DNA from: Myxococcales bacterium
GTDB lineage: Bacteria; Myxococcota_A; Polyangia; Polyangiales; DASUME01
DNA: 64,000 nt
Assembly (NCBI GenBank): GCA_047601445.1
Contig: JASGJH010000001.1
Coordinates: 2,144,001-2,208,000 of the forward strand
Direction of reading: 5' to 3'
Made by a program: the position numbers and the translations under genes. This document shows positions 9,701 through 18,890 of the stretch, piece after piece (position 1 is the first letter of the stretch; every line of letters starts with the position of its first letter). Below the pieces are notes generated by a model. It was not told where the DNA came from and searched no databases. It was given only the letters and a program-made list of their open reading frames with translations.

Positions 9701-10714
9701 GTAGTCGGGCAGCACGGCGTCCTTGGCCGGGGCGGTCTGAATGGTGCCGATGGTGAGCGACGGGTTCTTCTTCTCGCGCTCGGCCTCGGCCGCGAGCTTC
9801 TCGTTGGGCTTCGCCTCTTCGAGGGTCTTGCGGAAGTCGAACTGGTTCGCACACACCAGGTTCAACCAAGCAATGCGCGCCTTCTCGGGCTCGCCCATCT
9901 CGTTGAGGCAGTAGCCGATGAGGTAGTAGACGCCGTCGATGCGCTGGTAGTTCGGGAAGCGCGTGATGAGCTCCCGATACAGGTTGATGGTGGGCGAAAA
10001 GTCCTTCTCGGGCTCGGGCAGCTCAACGCCCTTGTCGCGCGACTCCATCACCTGCATGACGGCGTTCTGGAACGCGATGGCGCTGCGCTCGAAGTAGAGC
10101 TCGCCCAAGCGGAACATGGCGTCCGGCGTGTACGTCGGATCGTTCGGGTACTGGGCGATGAACTTCTCGAAGAGGGCGATGGCCTGCAGCGTGGCCTCGT
10201 CCTGCAGCTTCTCTTCTTCGCTGATCTGACGCGCGTACCCCTCGCTGCGCTGACGGCGCTGGCGCAGGTACTCACGACGCACGATGTTCACCACCGTGTC
10301 CCGGTAGGTTTCGCCGCCGCGTGTGAAGCCCGCGGTCTCGGCTTCCATCTCGCGCAACGCAGCAATTTGCTCCTTGCTGGGAGGCGGACGCTCGTCTTTT
10401 AGGCGCTTGTCCGCCGTGTCGAGGAACGCCGGCAAGTCCGCGGGTCCCCAGGCTTCGGGCTCGGACCCTGCCGCCGTGGTGTCCGCCGCGGGGGTGGTGG
10501 TCGTCGTGGCAGGAGCGGCTGGTGCCGCCGATGTGGTGGTCGGCGTCGCAGCTGCAGGAGCGCTGGTCGGTGCCGCAGGCGCCGGCGTGCCCGCGGCGGG
10601 CGTGGTGCTGGTGGCCGGTGCCTGACCGTGAGCGCTAGGCTGCGGGAGCCCCGCTGCTGCCGCGGCCAAGAGGGCCCACTGGATGCGACGCAAGTTGAGC
10701 GAGCGGCCCTTCAC
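6728..10714 (-). CDS. gltD: GltD/AgmU/NfsD-family large TPR protein
   Basis: GTG at 10714 overlaps the upstream TGA (GTGA) and follows an AGGAGA RBS. Signal peptide, Ala/Thr/Pro linker, TPR arrays (YTPDAMFRLGELYFE, ALYKVAWSYY, LRAEAVQYLA); about 1330 aa. Confidence 0.85.
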   Translation of the reverse strand: MKGRSLNLRRIQWALLAAAAAGLPQPSAHGQAPATSTTPAAGTPAPAAPTSAPAAATPTTTSAAPAAPATTTTTPAADTTAAGSEPEAWGPADLPAFLDTADKRLKDERPPPSKEQIAALREMEAETAGFTRGGETYRDTVVNIVRREYLRQRRQRSEGYARQISEEEKLQDEATLQAIALFEKFIAQYPNDPTYTPDAMFRLGELYFERSAIAFQNAVMQVMESRDKGVELPEPEKDFSPTINLYRELITRFPNYQRIDGVYYLIGYCLNEMGEPEKARIAWLNLVCANQFDFRKTLEEAKPNEKLAAEAEREKKNPSLTIGTIQTAPAKDAVLPDYYGQCTPAVQSSRFLGETWLRIGEYHFDYDVSAEGMAYAISAYKHVLSDKEDRNYNLALYKVAWSYYRAFRYPEAVRTFAALVDWSDEEEKRTGKAGSELRAEAVQYLAIAFAYDDWNENQVPDPQEGMPTGLTRVQDASLMPQDRAWTAEVYHALGSVWFDEAKYPQAIEVWNLALKRWPNHPKSPEMQNNIARAYTRANELEAAVQARALLGNYSEGSTWWNANMDHPLEQRRAEQLAEEAVVAAAIYHHENAQRLRKLGVQDQDLELIRQAQEQYGLAATAYRGYIQRYPNSPQAYDLQYNLADALFWSENYEEAAREYAAVRDSNLDDKYLSESARRVVESLKRLVDMAVEKKELELRTDPPAPQGTPPRVTPVAMPQLLQRLAQARELYLARVDEPHDTEKVRASYAYNNTLLLYQYGYWSHAKDRFARIYAEHCSGPNADETGRVAWLNLRNMAVALNQVEEVERLGNDLRERACTFSPSGKPAADVDCTDPKNAEEPQCLAGADLTNIQYKKAVDVFNKAEKATGAEQVKLYEESATLLVQAVDDEPNHPQAPLALEKAAIALERTSRFESAARLYSRIIDEVGPRQSKDPKEQQDLDAILSNAYFRLAYNANRFFDYDRAIENYRILADSERFKRSQDPGMSERREGALINAAKILEYQQQYARAADYYQRASEILKDPGEKMAASYRVAEMSFKQNKSSETVTKMNDFIKRYQGDPAAGELVVQAYWRIAQSKKAAGKQKDYEVALADVANAYAKSGQQPGSIAAEYAAQAKFLLVDKGSEEFEKFQIKPGAPATMDAYVKDLTKQIGTGSQSATDRNEAYTAVMAYRRPTWTIAAFVRQGRVYEVLAKAVLNTPFVVPADMKKTMAKLPDYAREDVRVQVEDKVRQVLDAQTRPIECLAVYRYALAARAAKVGSIDNEYTQQAISRLGAYGEERIAECIAEQAAKDSSVQAYQPGEFSRAPRGAVLPMPSGVSPPSLKEVQ

Positions 10715-13080
10715 TGTTCGTCTCCTTTGGGCTCGTCCATGATCTCTTGGAACTCGTCGTCGAGCGCTTGAATCTCGAGCGCGCGCGAGCGCGTCAGCAT
10801 TTCGACGCGCGTGCGGTGTTCTTCGCGATCCGCCCACGAAACGTCGATCGTTCCCACGTCGGCGCGCAGCACGAGGTCGTAGAAGCGCGCACGCACGAGA
10901 GAGAAGTTGGCGAAAGTGACCCCGCCGACCACGTCTTCGGCCTCCGTCTCGAGGGTCGCGAGCTGACCACGGTAGCCCTCGACATTGCGGCTCTCGACTT
11001 CGATGGCCTGCTTGAGTTCGACGGTGCGCTGCTCCACCACGCGCTCGATCTCGGCGTCTCGCACGGTGACCGCGTTTTCCACGGTGCCGATGCGAGAGAA
11101 CATGGTGTCGAGGCGCGGATCAGCCGCGCCGGCCGAGGCCAAGAGCTGACGCTCACGATCGACCAGCTCGATGTACTGCTTTCGAACGTCGTCGTCGTGC
11201 GCATAGCGAGCGTCGCCGATGCCCACCTGCAAGCGACCGGACTCCAACTGCATGCGGAAGTCCTGAATCTGCTTGCGGTAGTCCTCGATGGCCCCGCGCT
11301 GACCGGAGAGCTCGCCCTGCATCGCCGCGACGCCTTCGGGATTGGCCCGTGCGTCCTGCGTGTCCGTGAGAAAGCGCTCCGTGGCCGTGATGCGGGCGTC
11401 CATGCCCAACAGCTCGACCTCGTACTTGCTCAGCTCTCGCGAGAGGTCCTTGAAGCCTCCCAGCAAGTCGGCGTCGCGCGCCGCGAAGGCGCTGTCCCCG
11501 TCGGGCATCTTGGCCAGCGTCGCCTCGAGCTGCTTGCGCTCGCTGCGTACCTGGGCGAGCTCACTCGAGCCGCCGCCGCTGAGCTTCTGCTCCTGGACGT
11601 CGACGAGGCCCTTGCGGAGCATGGCCGCGCGATTGCGGATGGCGGTGGTGTTCTGCTTCTGCTGGCGCAGGTCGGCGAACACATTGACGCGGTTGTTGGT
11701 GTCGAGCGCTAGCTCGAGCCGGCGCATGAGGTCGCTGGTGTCGCGGACCAGATCACGGGCCTGCGCCAAGTCGGAAAGCACGCTGAGCGCGCGCTCCATG
11801 TCCGCCTCTTCGCTAGCGAAGGGCACCGCCTCGGCGGGCAAGATGGTGTTCACATCGAACACTTCGATGTTCTGCTTCACCAAGTCGCGGAAATACCCGT
11901 GCGTGTCGGCGTGGTCGGCCACGATCTTGTCGAGCTTGTCGCGCACCGGGCCGTAGGTCTGCGAGGCCTTGTTGAACACCTGCGACGCGTCGTCTAGCTG
12001 TCCGTTGCGCAGCAGTAGGTTGCCGCGCAGGATGGAGCCGTCGGCGATGTAGCGGCTGTCTGGCGCCGCGATGGAGAGAACCTCGAGCGCGCGCTCGGCA
12101 CGGGTGGAATCGCCCATGCGGATGTAGACCCAGGCGATCTCGTAGAGCGCGACGTCGAACCAACGCGAGGTTCGCGGCACGCTCTGGTACATCTCCACGG
12201 CCTGATCGAGCTGATCGGTCTCGTAGTAGAGGCGCCCCAGCGCGAGCTGCGCGAGCTCCACCACGTGGGCCTGCTCGGGCGTGGTCACCTGGGCGCGGAG
12301 CACCCGACGGAAGGCCTCGATCGCCTGCGGAAACTGACGATCGAGCGTGAGGATCACACCGACGAAGTAGCGAGCCTGCGGGAAGTAGGGGCTGTTCTCC
12401 GCGACGCCTTCGAAGGCCTGGCGCGCGGCGCGCAAGCCCTCGCTGTCGATGGAAGCCGTCTTGAGCGAGGCGTCGCCGCGCGTGACGTCCTCGGAGGAAA
12501 CCGCCCTGTTGTACAGGTACTTGGCCCGGTAGTAGGCCGTGGCGGCTTCGATCTCCTGGGGAGGCAACCGACTCAGACGCTCGAAATAGCTGTCTACGCC
12601 GTCGAAGTCGCGCGTGTGGATGGCGATCTCGATCAGACGGCCCAGCGCGCGGGACGCGTACGGACGAAACGCCGGCTCGTCGGCGCGGGCGATCAGCTGA
12701 CGCAGCCTGGTGCGGGCACCCAGGTAGTCGCCGGCAGAATACAGAGACTCTCCAAGCAGGAACAGGGCGTCGGGCATCGACGGATGCGTCGGGTAGTTGT
12801 CGACGATGTCCGTGAGGATGATGCTGGCGCGGACGTAGTCCTGGAGACGGTAGAAGAGCTCGCCATCGGTGAGGCGCTCTTCGACGTGCGTCGGACTGCG
12901 GACTGCGGCCCCGGGCAATGGCTGCGCCGCGAGCTGCTGACTCTGGGTTTCGAGTTCGCGCAGCTCCTGCTCCAGCTTCTGTGCGTCTTGGGCACGCGAA
13001 ACTGGGAGGGATGCTGCGCTACTGCCCGCGAGCGCTGCGAAGAACAGCAGGCTCTCGCGCGTAGAGCGGCGAAGCATCAC
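10711..13080 (-). CDS. GltC/NfsC-like TPR and coiled-coil exported protein
   Basis: Signal peptide; TPRs (LALGRLYYE, ALYEIAWVYIRMGD); long coiled coil; C-terminal FYDLVLRADVGTIDVSW; translationally coupled to the gltD-like gene. Confidence 0.75.
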   Translation of the reverse strand: MMLRRSTRESLLFFAALAGSSAASLPVSRAQDAQKLEQELRELETQSQQLAAQPLPGAAVRSPTHVEERLTDGELFYRLQDYVRASIILTDIVDNYPTHPSMPDALFLLGESLYSAGDYLGARTRLRQLIARADEPAFRPYASRALGRLIEIAIHTRDFDGVDSYFERLSRLPPQEIEAATAYYRAKYLYNRAVSSEDVTRGDASLKTASIDSEGLRAARQAFEGVAENSPYFPQARYFVGVILTLDRQFPQAIEAFRRVLRAQVTTPEQAHVVELAQLALGRLYYETDQLDQAVEMYQSVPRTSRWFDVALYEIAWVYIRMGDSTRAERALEVLSIAAPDSRYIADGSILRGNLLLRNGQLDDASQVFNKASQTYGPVRDKLDKIVADHADTHGYFRDLVKQNIEVFDVNTILPAEAVPFASEEADMERALSVLSDLAQARDLVRDTSDLMRRLELALDTNNRVNVFADLRQQKQNTTAIRNRAAMLRKGLVDVQEQKLSGGGSSELAQVRSERKQLEATLAKMPDGDSAFAARDADLLGGFKDLSRELSKYEVELLGMDARITATERFLTDTQDARANPEGVAAMQGELSGQRGAIEDYRKQIQDFRMQLESGRLQVGIGDARYAHDDDVRKQYIELVDRERQLLASAGAADPRLDTMFSRIGTVENAVTVRDAEIERVVEQRTVELKQAIEVESRNVEGYRGQLATLETEAEDVVGGVTFANFSLVRARFYDLVLRADVGTIDVSWADREEHRTRVEMLTRSRALEIQALDDEFQEIMDEPKGDEQ

Positions 13081-14033
13081 TTGCCTCCCTGAGCTCCGAC
13101 CGTTCCGGTCACCCCGGTCGTTGTGCCGGTCGTGCTGGTGGAGGTGTCGGCAGCGGCGCCACCGGTGGCCACGGGCTCGGCCAGGCCGGTCTCTCCGACC
13201 TTCTCCTGGTAGCGAACCGCGGGACGCTCTTCGAGCGGCGCGGTGGGTCCGCCCTTCTCGTAGGCCACCACGCGCACGCTGACAGCCTTGCCCTCGGGTG
13301 CCGAGAACGAATAGCTGGAGCGCACCTTGAAGCGATACCCCTTGAGGTACGAGAAGATGCCGTAGCCGTGGCCACGGTACTCGAGGTTGACCGTGAGGGT
13401 GTGCTCGCCCGGCACGATGCTGCCGTTGTAGACGTCGAACTCGGTCTTCTCGCTGAGCCCGCCCTCTTCGTCGGCGCGGTTGAAGATGGGCGCGCCGTCC
13501 AGGGCGTAGACCGCTTTCACCAGCTTGTACGAACCACTCATCTTGTTCTCGTGGACGATGGTGGTCTGCGAACCGGCGACGACGCCCTGCAGCACGGTCT
13601 CCGCGAGCAGGGAGAGCCGGGCCTTGGAGCGGAAGATCTGCTCCTTGAGCTCGTTGATGCGCTGCTCCAGATCGCGCAGCCGCACCGCATAGGTGGCCGC
13701 GTCGACTTCCGCCTTCTCCGCCGTGTTGGTGGTCGCCCCTGCGGCGGCCGCCCCGGTACCGGTGTCAGCGGCGGGCGTGGTTGCCGCCCCCGGAGTCGTG
13801 GTGGCCGGAGGCGTGGCCGTCGCTGGCGCGGCCGTGGTGCTGGGGGCGGCGCTGGCCGGCGTCCCAGCTGCGGGCGCCGCGGCCTTCTTCGTGGATGTGG
13901 TGGTGGGAGCAGCCGCAGGTGCAGAGCTCGCCGGAGGAGAGCTCTTCTTGTCTGGGGTTCCCTGACCCATCGCGCCGGCAGTAAGCAGCCAAACTGCACC
14001 AACCGTGGACCAAAGCGCAATCCTTCTCCGCAT
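13077..14033 (-). CDS. Exported hypothetical protein (Ala/Thr/Pro linker, coiled coil, beta-sandwich); first gene of the Glt-like operon
   Basis: Signal peptide; LRDLEQRINELKEQIFRSKARLSLLAETVL coiled coil; beta-rich PGEHTLTVNLEYRGHGYGIFSYLKGYRFKVRSSY. Confidence 0.8.
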   Translation of the reverse strand: MRRRIALWSTVGAVWLLTAGAMGQGTPDKKSSPPASSAPAAAPTTTSTKKAAAPAAGTPASAAPSTTAAPATATPPATTTPGAATTPAADTGTGAAAAGATTNTAEKAEVDAATYAVRLRDLEQRINELKEQIFRSKARLSLLAETVLQGVVAGSQTTIVHENKMSGSYKLVKAVYALDGAPIFNRADEEGGLSEKTEFDVYNGSIVPGEHTLTVNLEYRGHGYGIFSYLKGYRFKVRSSYSFSAPEGKAVSVRVVAYEKGGPTAPLEERPAVRYQEKVGETGLAEPVATGGAAADTSTSTTGTTTGVTGTVGAQGGK

Positions 14034-14105
14034 GCTGGGTTCCCCTCTAATCGGATGCGATCAGTCAGACAGCGCACCCCTGGCTGCTGACGCAATTAGC
14101 ACCGC

Positions 14106-14134
14106 TTAATACCAAGCCCCCCATGGGTGGTCAA
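14106..14134 (-). promoter_or_regulatory. Sigma-70 (SigA-type) promoter of the Glt-like operon
   Basis: Minus strand TTGACC-N17-TATTAA with an extended TGn, about 70 bp upstream of ATG 14033. Confidence 0.65.
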
Positions 14135-14465
14135 CGCAGTGCGACATCGCCAAGGGGCGGACCGCAAAAAGGAATTTGGTCCTGGAAGCACCGATCCGGG
14201 GGTTTGACGCGGAAAACCAGGGCACTATTTGTGTTGTCGCTGTCTCCGGGTTGCAGGCTGCATTTGCGCGAAATGGCACGTTTTCGTCTGCCTCAACTAC
14301 ACTGGCGGACCATGTCGGCCCTGGCTCGCCAAAGGCATTCGTCTCCTCCCCCCGCCCCCGTCGGGGCGACAGGGGGTGAGCTGCGGCCGACAGATCGTTT
14401 GGGCCCCCTGCCCGTCTGGGAGATCCACGTGGCGTTTGCGGAATGTGAACGCACGGAGCACGCAC

Positions 14466-15083
14466 GTGCGGCGGGCTGAGCTCGATGGTTGCTCTGACGA
14501 GCAGCTACTTGGCCTGTACTCGCGCGGCGAAATGGAGGCCATGGAAGTGCTGCTCGCCCGCTACAAGCGGCCACTCTTCAACTTCGTGCTGCGCCTGGTC
14601 CGCGAGCGGGGGAAGGCCGAGGACCTGCTGCAGGAGAGCTTCCTGCGCATGGTGGAGCACGCGGGCTCCTTCCAGGGGAGCGCCTCGGTCAAGACCTGGC
14701 TCTTTCGGATCGCCCGCAACCTCTGCATCGACGAGATGCGCAAGCAAAAGCACCGTCGTCATCCGTCGCTGGACGCGCCCAGCAGCAGCTCCGAAGGCGA
14801 AGGGCAGTCGCTCTACGAGCGCGTGGCACACGCCGGCCCAGGGCCGGAGCGCAGCGTGGTAGACCGGGATCTGGCGCAACGCATGAGCAAGGCGATCGAC
14901 GAGCTACCCGAGGATCAACGAGAGGTTTTCGTGCTGCGTCAGGTGCAGCACCTCTCCTTCAAGGAAATTGGGGACGTCACGGGCGTCTCCGAGAATACGG
15001 TCAAGAGTCGCATGCGCTACGCACTCGAGCGCCTGCAACGCTCGCTGTCGGATTACCAGGAGTACGCGGAGGAGCTGCTGTGA
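14466..15083 (+). CDS. ECF RNA polymerase sigma factor
   Basis: GTG at 14466 after GGAG; region 2 AEDLLQESFLRM...KTWLFRIARNLCID; region 4 LSFKEIGDVTGVSENTVKSRMRYA. Confidence 0.92.
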   Translation: MRRAELDGCSDEQLLGLYSRGEMEAMEVLLARYKRPLFNFVLRLVRERGKAEDLLQESFLRMVEHAGSFQGSASVKTWLFRIARNLCIDEMRKQKHRRHPSLDAPSSSSEGEGQSLYERVAHAGPGPERSVVDRDLAQRMSKAIDELPEDQREVFVLRQVQHLSFKEIGDVTGVSENTVKSRMRYALERLQRSLSDYQEYAEELL

Positions 15084-16366
15084 GCGAACCTGCCGACGGC
15101 ATGACCTGCGATCGCGCCTACGACCTGCTGGTCGACGTGGCGTGCGACGAGCTCGCGCCCGAGCTCGCCGCGGCGGTGCGCAGTCACGCCAGCGGTTGTG
15201 ACCGCTGCGGCCCCGAGCTCGCGAATTTGACGCGGGTGATGAGCGTGGCGGAGGCACTGCCTCTCGCAGAGCCGTCGAAGGCCGTGGAGGAGCGGATTTT
15301 GCGAGCTGCGCGCGAGGCCCTGGCGGCTCGCGCGGGCAGCTCGGAGGCGCGTGAGCCCGCGCGCGAGCTGAGCCAGCGCAGCTGGTTTGCCAGGCTTTCG
15401 GAGTGGGCGCTCTCCCCCCAGGTGGCCATGGCGAGTGTGCTCCTGTTGATGGTGGGCATCGGGTTGTACTCGCTGCCGCTGGGTCGCGAGCAGGAGCCCG
15501 TGGCCTTCGAGGCCACCCCCGACGAGCGTGTCCCCGCTGCGCCCGCCGCCAGTGCGACTGCCGCGCCGGCCGCCGAGCCGAGTCCCGAAAGTGCACGCGA
15601 AGAGGCCGCGCGCGCGGCCAGCGAGGAAGACCAGCTGCGAGACGAGCAGCTGCTCAAGGTGCAGAGCGCCCGCAAGCGCCCCAAGGCTGCCGGGCGCAGT
15701 GCAGGCAAGGCGGACTACGAGGCCTTCGACTACGGGTCCAGCAAGGGTGGCGGCGGCGGCCTCGGGAACACGGTTCCTGGCCTGGACGACTCCCAGCCGG
15801 CCAAGAAAGAAGCCGCGTTTCCGGGCAAATCCAAGCCGAGCGTGAGCGCCCCCAAGGACTCGCAGGCCCCGGCTCCGTTCGCGCCCGCACCACCGCCCGG
15901 CCCCGCGGCGAGCAAACCGAGCAAGGTTGCCCAGCCCGCAACGCCGGAAAGCAAGAGCGCACCGGCGCCGCAGGCCAGCAGCGCCTATGAGGCGAGCGCG
16001 CCAGCCGCGGGCGCCGCTGCGGAGGCGGTCGACGAAAAGAGCAGCGCGGACACGACCCAACGCGCGCTCAGCGAAGGCATCGCCGCTGCGCGCAAGGGGG
16101 CCTACGCACAAGCCGTCAGCTTGCTGACGCCCCTGGCCAACCAGGGCCCCGAGAGCTCGCGCAACAGCGCCAGGTTGTGGCTCGCGCGGAGTCTGCGCGG
16201 CCAGGGGAAGTGCGCGGAGGCGCTCCGATACTACGCCCCCCTGGCGCAGCAGGCGAGTGCCAGCGACGACGTCTTGTCCGAGGCAGCCGATTGCTACGAC
16301 CGCACCGGCGATGCGACCCTGGCGGGCAGACTGCGCAAGCGGCTCAACGCGGCCGAGAGCCAGTAA
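15080..16366 (+). CDS. Zinc-finger (ZAS/zf-HC2) transmembrane anti-sigma factor with C-terminal TPR
   Basis: HASGCDRC (HxxxCxxC); TM VAMASVLLLMVGIGLY; low-complexity linker; TPR-like end; GTGA overlap with the sigma gene. Confidence 0.85.
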   Translation: MSEPADGMTCDRAYDLLVDVACDELAPELAAAVRSHASGCDRCGPELANLTRVMSVAEALPLAEPSKAVEERILRAAREALAARAGSSEAREPARELSQRSWFARLSEWALSPQVAMASVLLLMVGIGLYSLPLGREQEPVAFEATPDERVPAAPAASATAAPAAEPSPESAREEAARAASEEDQLRDEQLLKVQSARKRPKAAGRSAGKADYEAFDYGSSKGGGGGLGNTVPGLDDSQPAKKEAAFPGKSKPSVSAPKDSQAPAPFAPAPPPGPAASKPSKVAQPATPESKSAPAPQASSAYEASAPAAGAAAEAVDEKSSADTTQRALSEGIAAARKGAYAQAVSLLTPLANQGPESSRNSARLWLARSLRGQGKCAEALRYYAPLAQQASASDDVLSEAADCYDRTGDATLAGRLRKRLNAAESQ

Positions 16367-16375
16367 AGGGCGCGC

Positions 16376-17200
16376 TCAGCGCCGACCGAACAGCGACTTC
16401 GCCCAGCGACTGCGGCTCGGGCGCAGCTCGTGGCCTGCGCTATCGAGCACCTGGGCCAAGCCGACGGCGAAGCTAGCTGCGACGGCCACGCTGTCCCCGC
16501 TCATACCGAGACGCTGCAGCTCGCCGTGGAGCTCAGCCCCCAGACCTACCATCACGACGCTGCCCCCAAGCGCGCGACACGCCAAGCAAAACTCGAGCAG
16601 GGCGCGCGCCATCCGCTCGGACGGCCAGCCGTCGAGTCGCGAGACGTCGAGCAGACATGCGAGGGCATCATCCCGCAGAAAATCCCGCGCTGCCTCATCG
16701 AGCACCTGCTCGAGCGCGTCGAGCTCAAGGGGACCTGCCAGAGCGAGGTAACGGCAGCGCGGTGCCAAACTGAGCGAGACCTGATGCTTGGCTACACTGG
16801 CGCGCAGCTCGGCCGTGACCCGCTCGTCGCGCCCGGCGCAGTAGCCCTCCAACACGACCACCTGACAGCGCATTTCGAGCTCGGAGGACAGCGCGCTGTC
16901 CTCCTCCGAGAGGGCGGCGAACAGCGCCTGCAACAGGGCGAGGGCCGCCGTCGGCGTAGCCCCGAGCACGCCCGCTCGGCGCCCCAGCAGCGTCAACAGG
17001 GCATAGGCCTCGTGGCAGCAGGTGTCGTCGGACGCACCCGGGCCCAGCTGGGCCAATGCCTCGAGAACGGGACGTACCTCGTGCGAGAGATCGGGCCCAA
17101 GGAGGCGGTCTTCTCGAAACGCCACGCCCTGTCGATAGGCTCGCTCGAAGATCGCGAGCATCGCTTCAATCGGCGGCCGCCTACCTGGCACGGGTTCCAT
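16376..17200 (-). CDS. STAS-domain protein (RsbR-like helical N-terminus)
   Basis: C-terminal LALAGPLE...LLDVSRL...LACRALGGSVVMVGL STAS pattern. Confidence 0.65.
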   Translation of the reverse strand: MEPVPGRRPPIEAMLAIFERAYRQGVAFREDRLLGPDLSHEVRPVLEALAQLGPGASDDTCCHEAYALLTLLGRRAGVLGATPTAALALLQALFAALSEEDSALSSELEMRCQVVVLEGYCAGRDERVTAELRASVAKHQVSLSLAPRCRYLALAGPLELDALEQVLDEAARDFLRDDALACLLDVSRLDGWPSERMARALLEFCLACRALGGSVVMVGLGAELHGELQRLGMSGDSVAVAASFAVGLAQVLDSAGHELRPSRSRWAKSLFGRR

Positions 17201-17392
17201 GGTGCACCATCACCGAAAGCGCGGTCCACCTTGGCACCCGCGTTCGGCGCGGGCAAGGCCGTCTCCTCACGCGTCTTGCGCGCCAGCCCCGGCGAACCGC
17301 GGGTCGGTTTGTATTGTTCGCCACGGCCGGTCGGGGGTGAAGCGCTCGAGACCCGAGCATCGCCCGCTGTTCAGTGGTAAAAACGCTCCGCC

Positions 17393-18826
17393 ATGGCCGC
17401 CACGATCCTGATCGTCGACGACGAAAAAAACATCCGACGCACCCTGCAGATGGTGCTCTCGGGCGCCGGCTTCGACACGCTGGAAGCCGGTAGCGCGGAG
17501 GAAGCCCTCTCGTTGCTCGAGGAGCGGGGCGAGGTCGATCTGGTGATCCTGGATCTCAAGCTCCCCAAAATGAACGGGCTCGAGGCCCTGGCCAAGATTC
17601 GCAGCCGCCCGGAATGGACCCGGCTGCCGGTGATCGTGATCAGCGGACATGCCTCCGTGGCAGAGGCCGTGGAAGCCGTGCAGATGGGAGCCACGGACTT
17701 CTTCGAGAAGCCCCTCGATCGCGATCGCGTGCTCGTGAGCGTGCACAACGCCCTGACCACATCGAAGTTGCGACGCGAGGTGGAGCGCCTGCGCGAGGGC
17801 AGCGCCCAGCGCTACGAGATGATCGGCGAGAGCGCCGTCATGCGGCGCTTGTTCGCCGAGATCGAGAAGGTGGCTCCGACGCGCGGACGCGTCTTGATCA
17901 CAGGCGAGAGCGGCACGGGCAAGGAGCTGATCGCGCGCGCAATCCACCGCCTCAGCCCGCGCAAGGATCAGCCCTTCATCAAGGTGAATTGCGCGGCCAT
18001 CCCCTCGGAGCTGATCGAGAGCGAGCTGTTCGGCTACGAGAAGGGTGCCTTCACTGGCGCGGTGGGGCGCAAGAAAGGTCTGTTCGAGCAGGCCAACGGC
18101 GGCACCCTCTTTCTCGACGAGATCGGGGACATGAGCCTCGATGCGCAGGCCAAGGTGTTGCGTGCACTGCAGAGCGGCGAAATCACACGCGTCGGTAGCG
18201 AGCTGACCGTTCACGTCGACGTGCGCGTGCTGGCGGCGACGAACCGCGACCTCGAGGCGAGCGTCTCGGAGGGGCGCTTCCGCGAAGACCTCTACTTCCG
18301 CTTGAGCGTCGTCCCCATTCGCAGCCCTTCCCTGCGCGAGCGGCGCGACGACATCTCCACCCTGGCACTGGCCTTCGCCCGCTCCTTCTGCGCGGAAAAC
18401 GGCATCCGCGAGAAGCCGATCGACCCTGAGGTGCTCGAGGCGCTCAGCGAGCGCGGTTTCCCGGGCAACGTGCGCGAGCTCCGCAACGTGGTGGAGCGCA
18501 TGGTGATCCTCAGCGGAGACCGAGTGACCCTCGACGATCTCCCCCCTGAGGGCAGGCTGCGTGAGTCCCAGAGCAGCATCTCGGAGCCGCCACCGCCGCC
18601 GAGCCACGCAAGCTCCGCAGCGGGTGAAATCGAGGTCTCGAACTCGGGCGAACGGCTCACTTTGCGCGAATTCCGCGACAAGGCCGAGGCCGACTACATC
18701 CTGGCCACGCTCAAGGAGTTCGACTGGAACATCTCGCGGGCCTCGGTCGTGCTGGGCGTGGAGCGCACGAACCTGCACAAGAAGATGCGCGCACTGGGAA
18801 TCCGCCGCGACGGTCTGGAGGGCTGA
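17393..18826 (+). CDS. Sigma-54-dependent response regulator (NtrC/NtrX family)
   Basis: Receiver domain, [32 protein letters not shown], Fis-type HTH. Confidence 0.95.
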   Translation: MAATILIVDDEKNIRRTLQMVLSGAGFDTLEAGSAEEALSLLEERGEVDLVILDLKLPKMNGLEALAKIRSRPEWTRLPVIVISGHASVAEAVEAVQMGATDFFEKPLDRDRVLVSVHNALTTSKLRREVERLREGSAQRYEMIGESAVMRRLFAEIEKVAPTRGRVLITGESGTGKELIARAIHRLSPRKDQPFIKVNCAAIPSELIESELFGYEKGAFTGAVGRKKGLFEQANGGTLFLDEIGDMSLDAQAKVLRALQSGEITRVGSELTVHVDVRVLAATNRDLEASVSEGRFREDLYFRLSVVPIRSPSLRERRDDISTLALAFARSFCAENGIREKPIDPEVLEALSERGFPGNVRELRNVVERMVILSGDRVTLDDLPPEGRLRESQSSISEPPPPPSHASSAAGEIEVSNSGERLTLREFRDKAEADYILATLKEFDWNISRASVVLGVERTNLHKKMRALGIRRDGLEG

Positions 18827-18890
18827 CCCCACCCGCGGTCGGTGTTCGTGGGGTCGGTGCTCGCGGAGGCGTGCTCGCGGAGAGCTCAGC

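Noticed and set aside
8036..10402. 788-aa plus-strand ORF, and many similar long antisense ORFs (e.g. 17267-19036, 29719-31647, 33534-35228)
   Set aside because: Shadow ORFs opposite well-supported genes; expected in high-GC DNA and with no recognisable motifs.
6728..10837. ORF-track extended starts (10837, also 14229, 25039, 35927, 37008, 47207, 58848)
   Set aside because: The extensions overlap neighbouring genes or lack protein-like sequence; downstream starts have RBS, overlap or -10 support.
13077..14033. Possible dihydrolipoamide acetyltransferase call from the Ala/Pro-rich linker
   Set aside because: No lipoyl or catalytic domain; the protein has a signal peptide.
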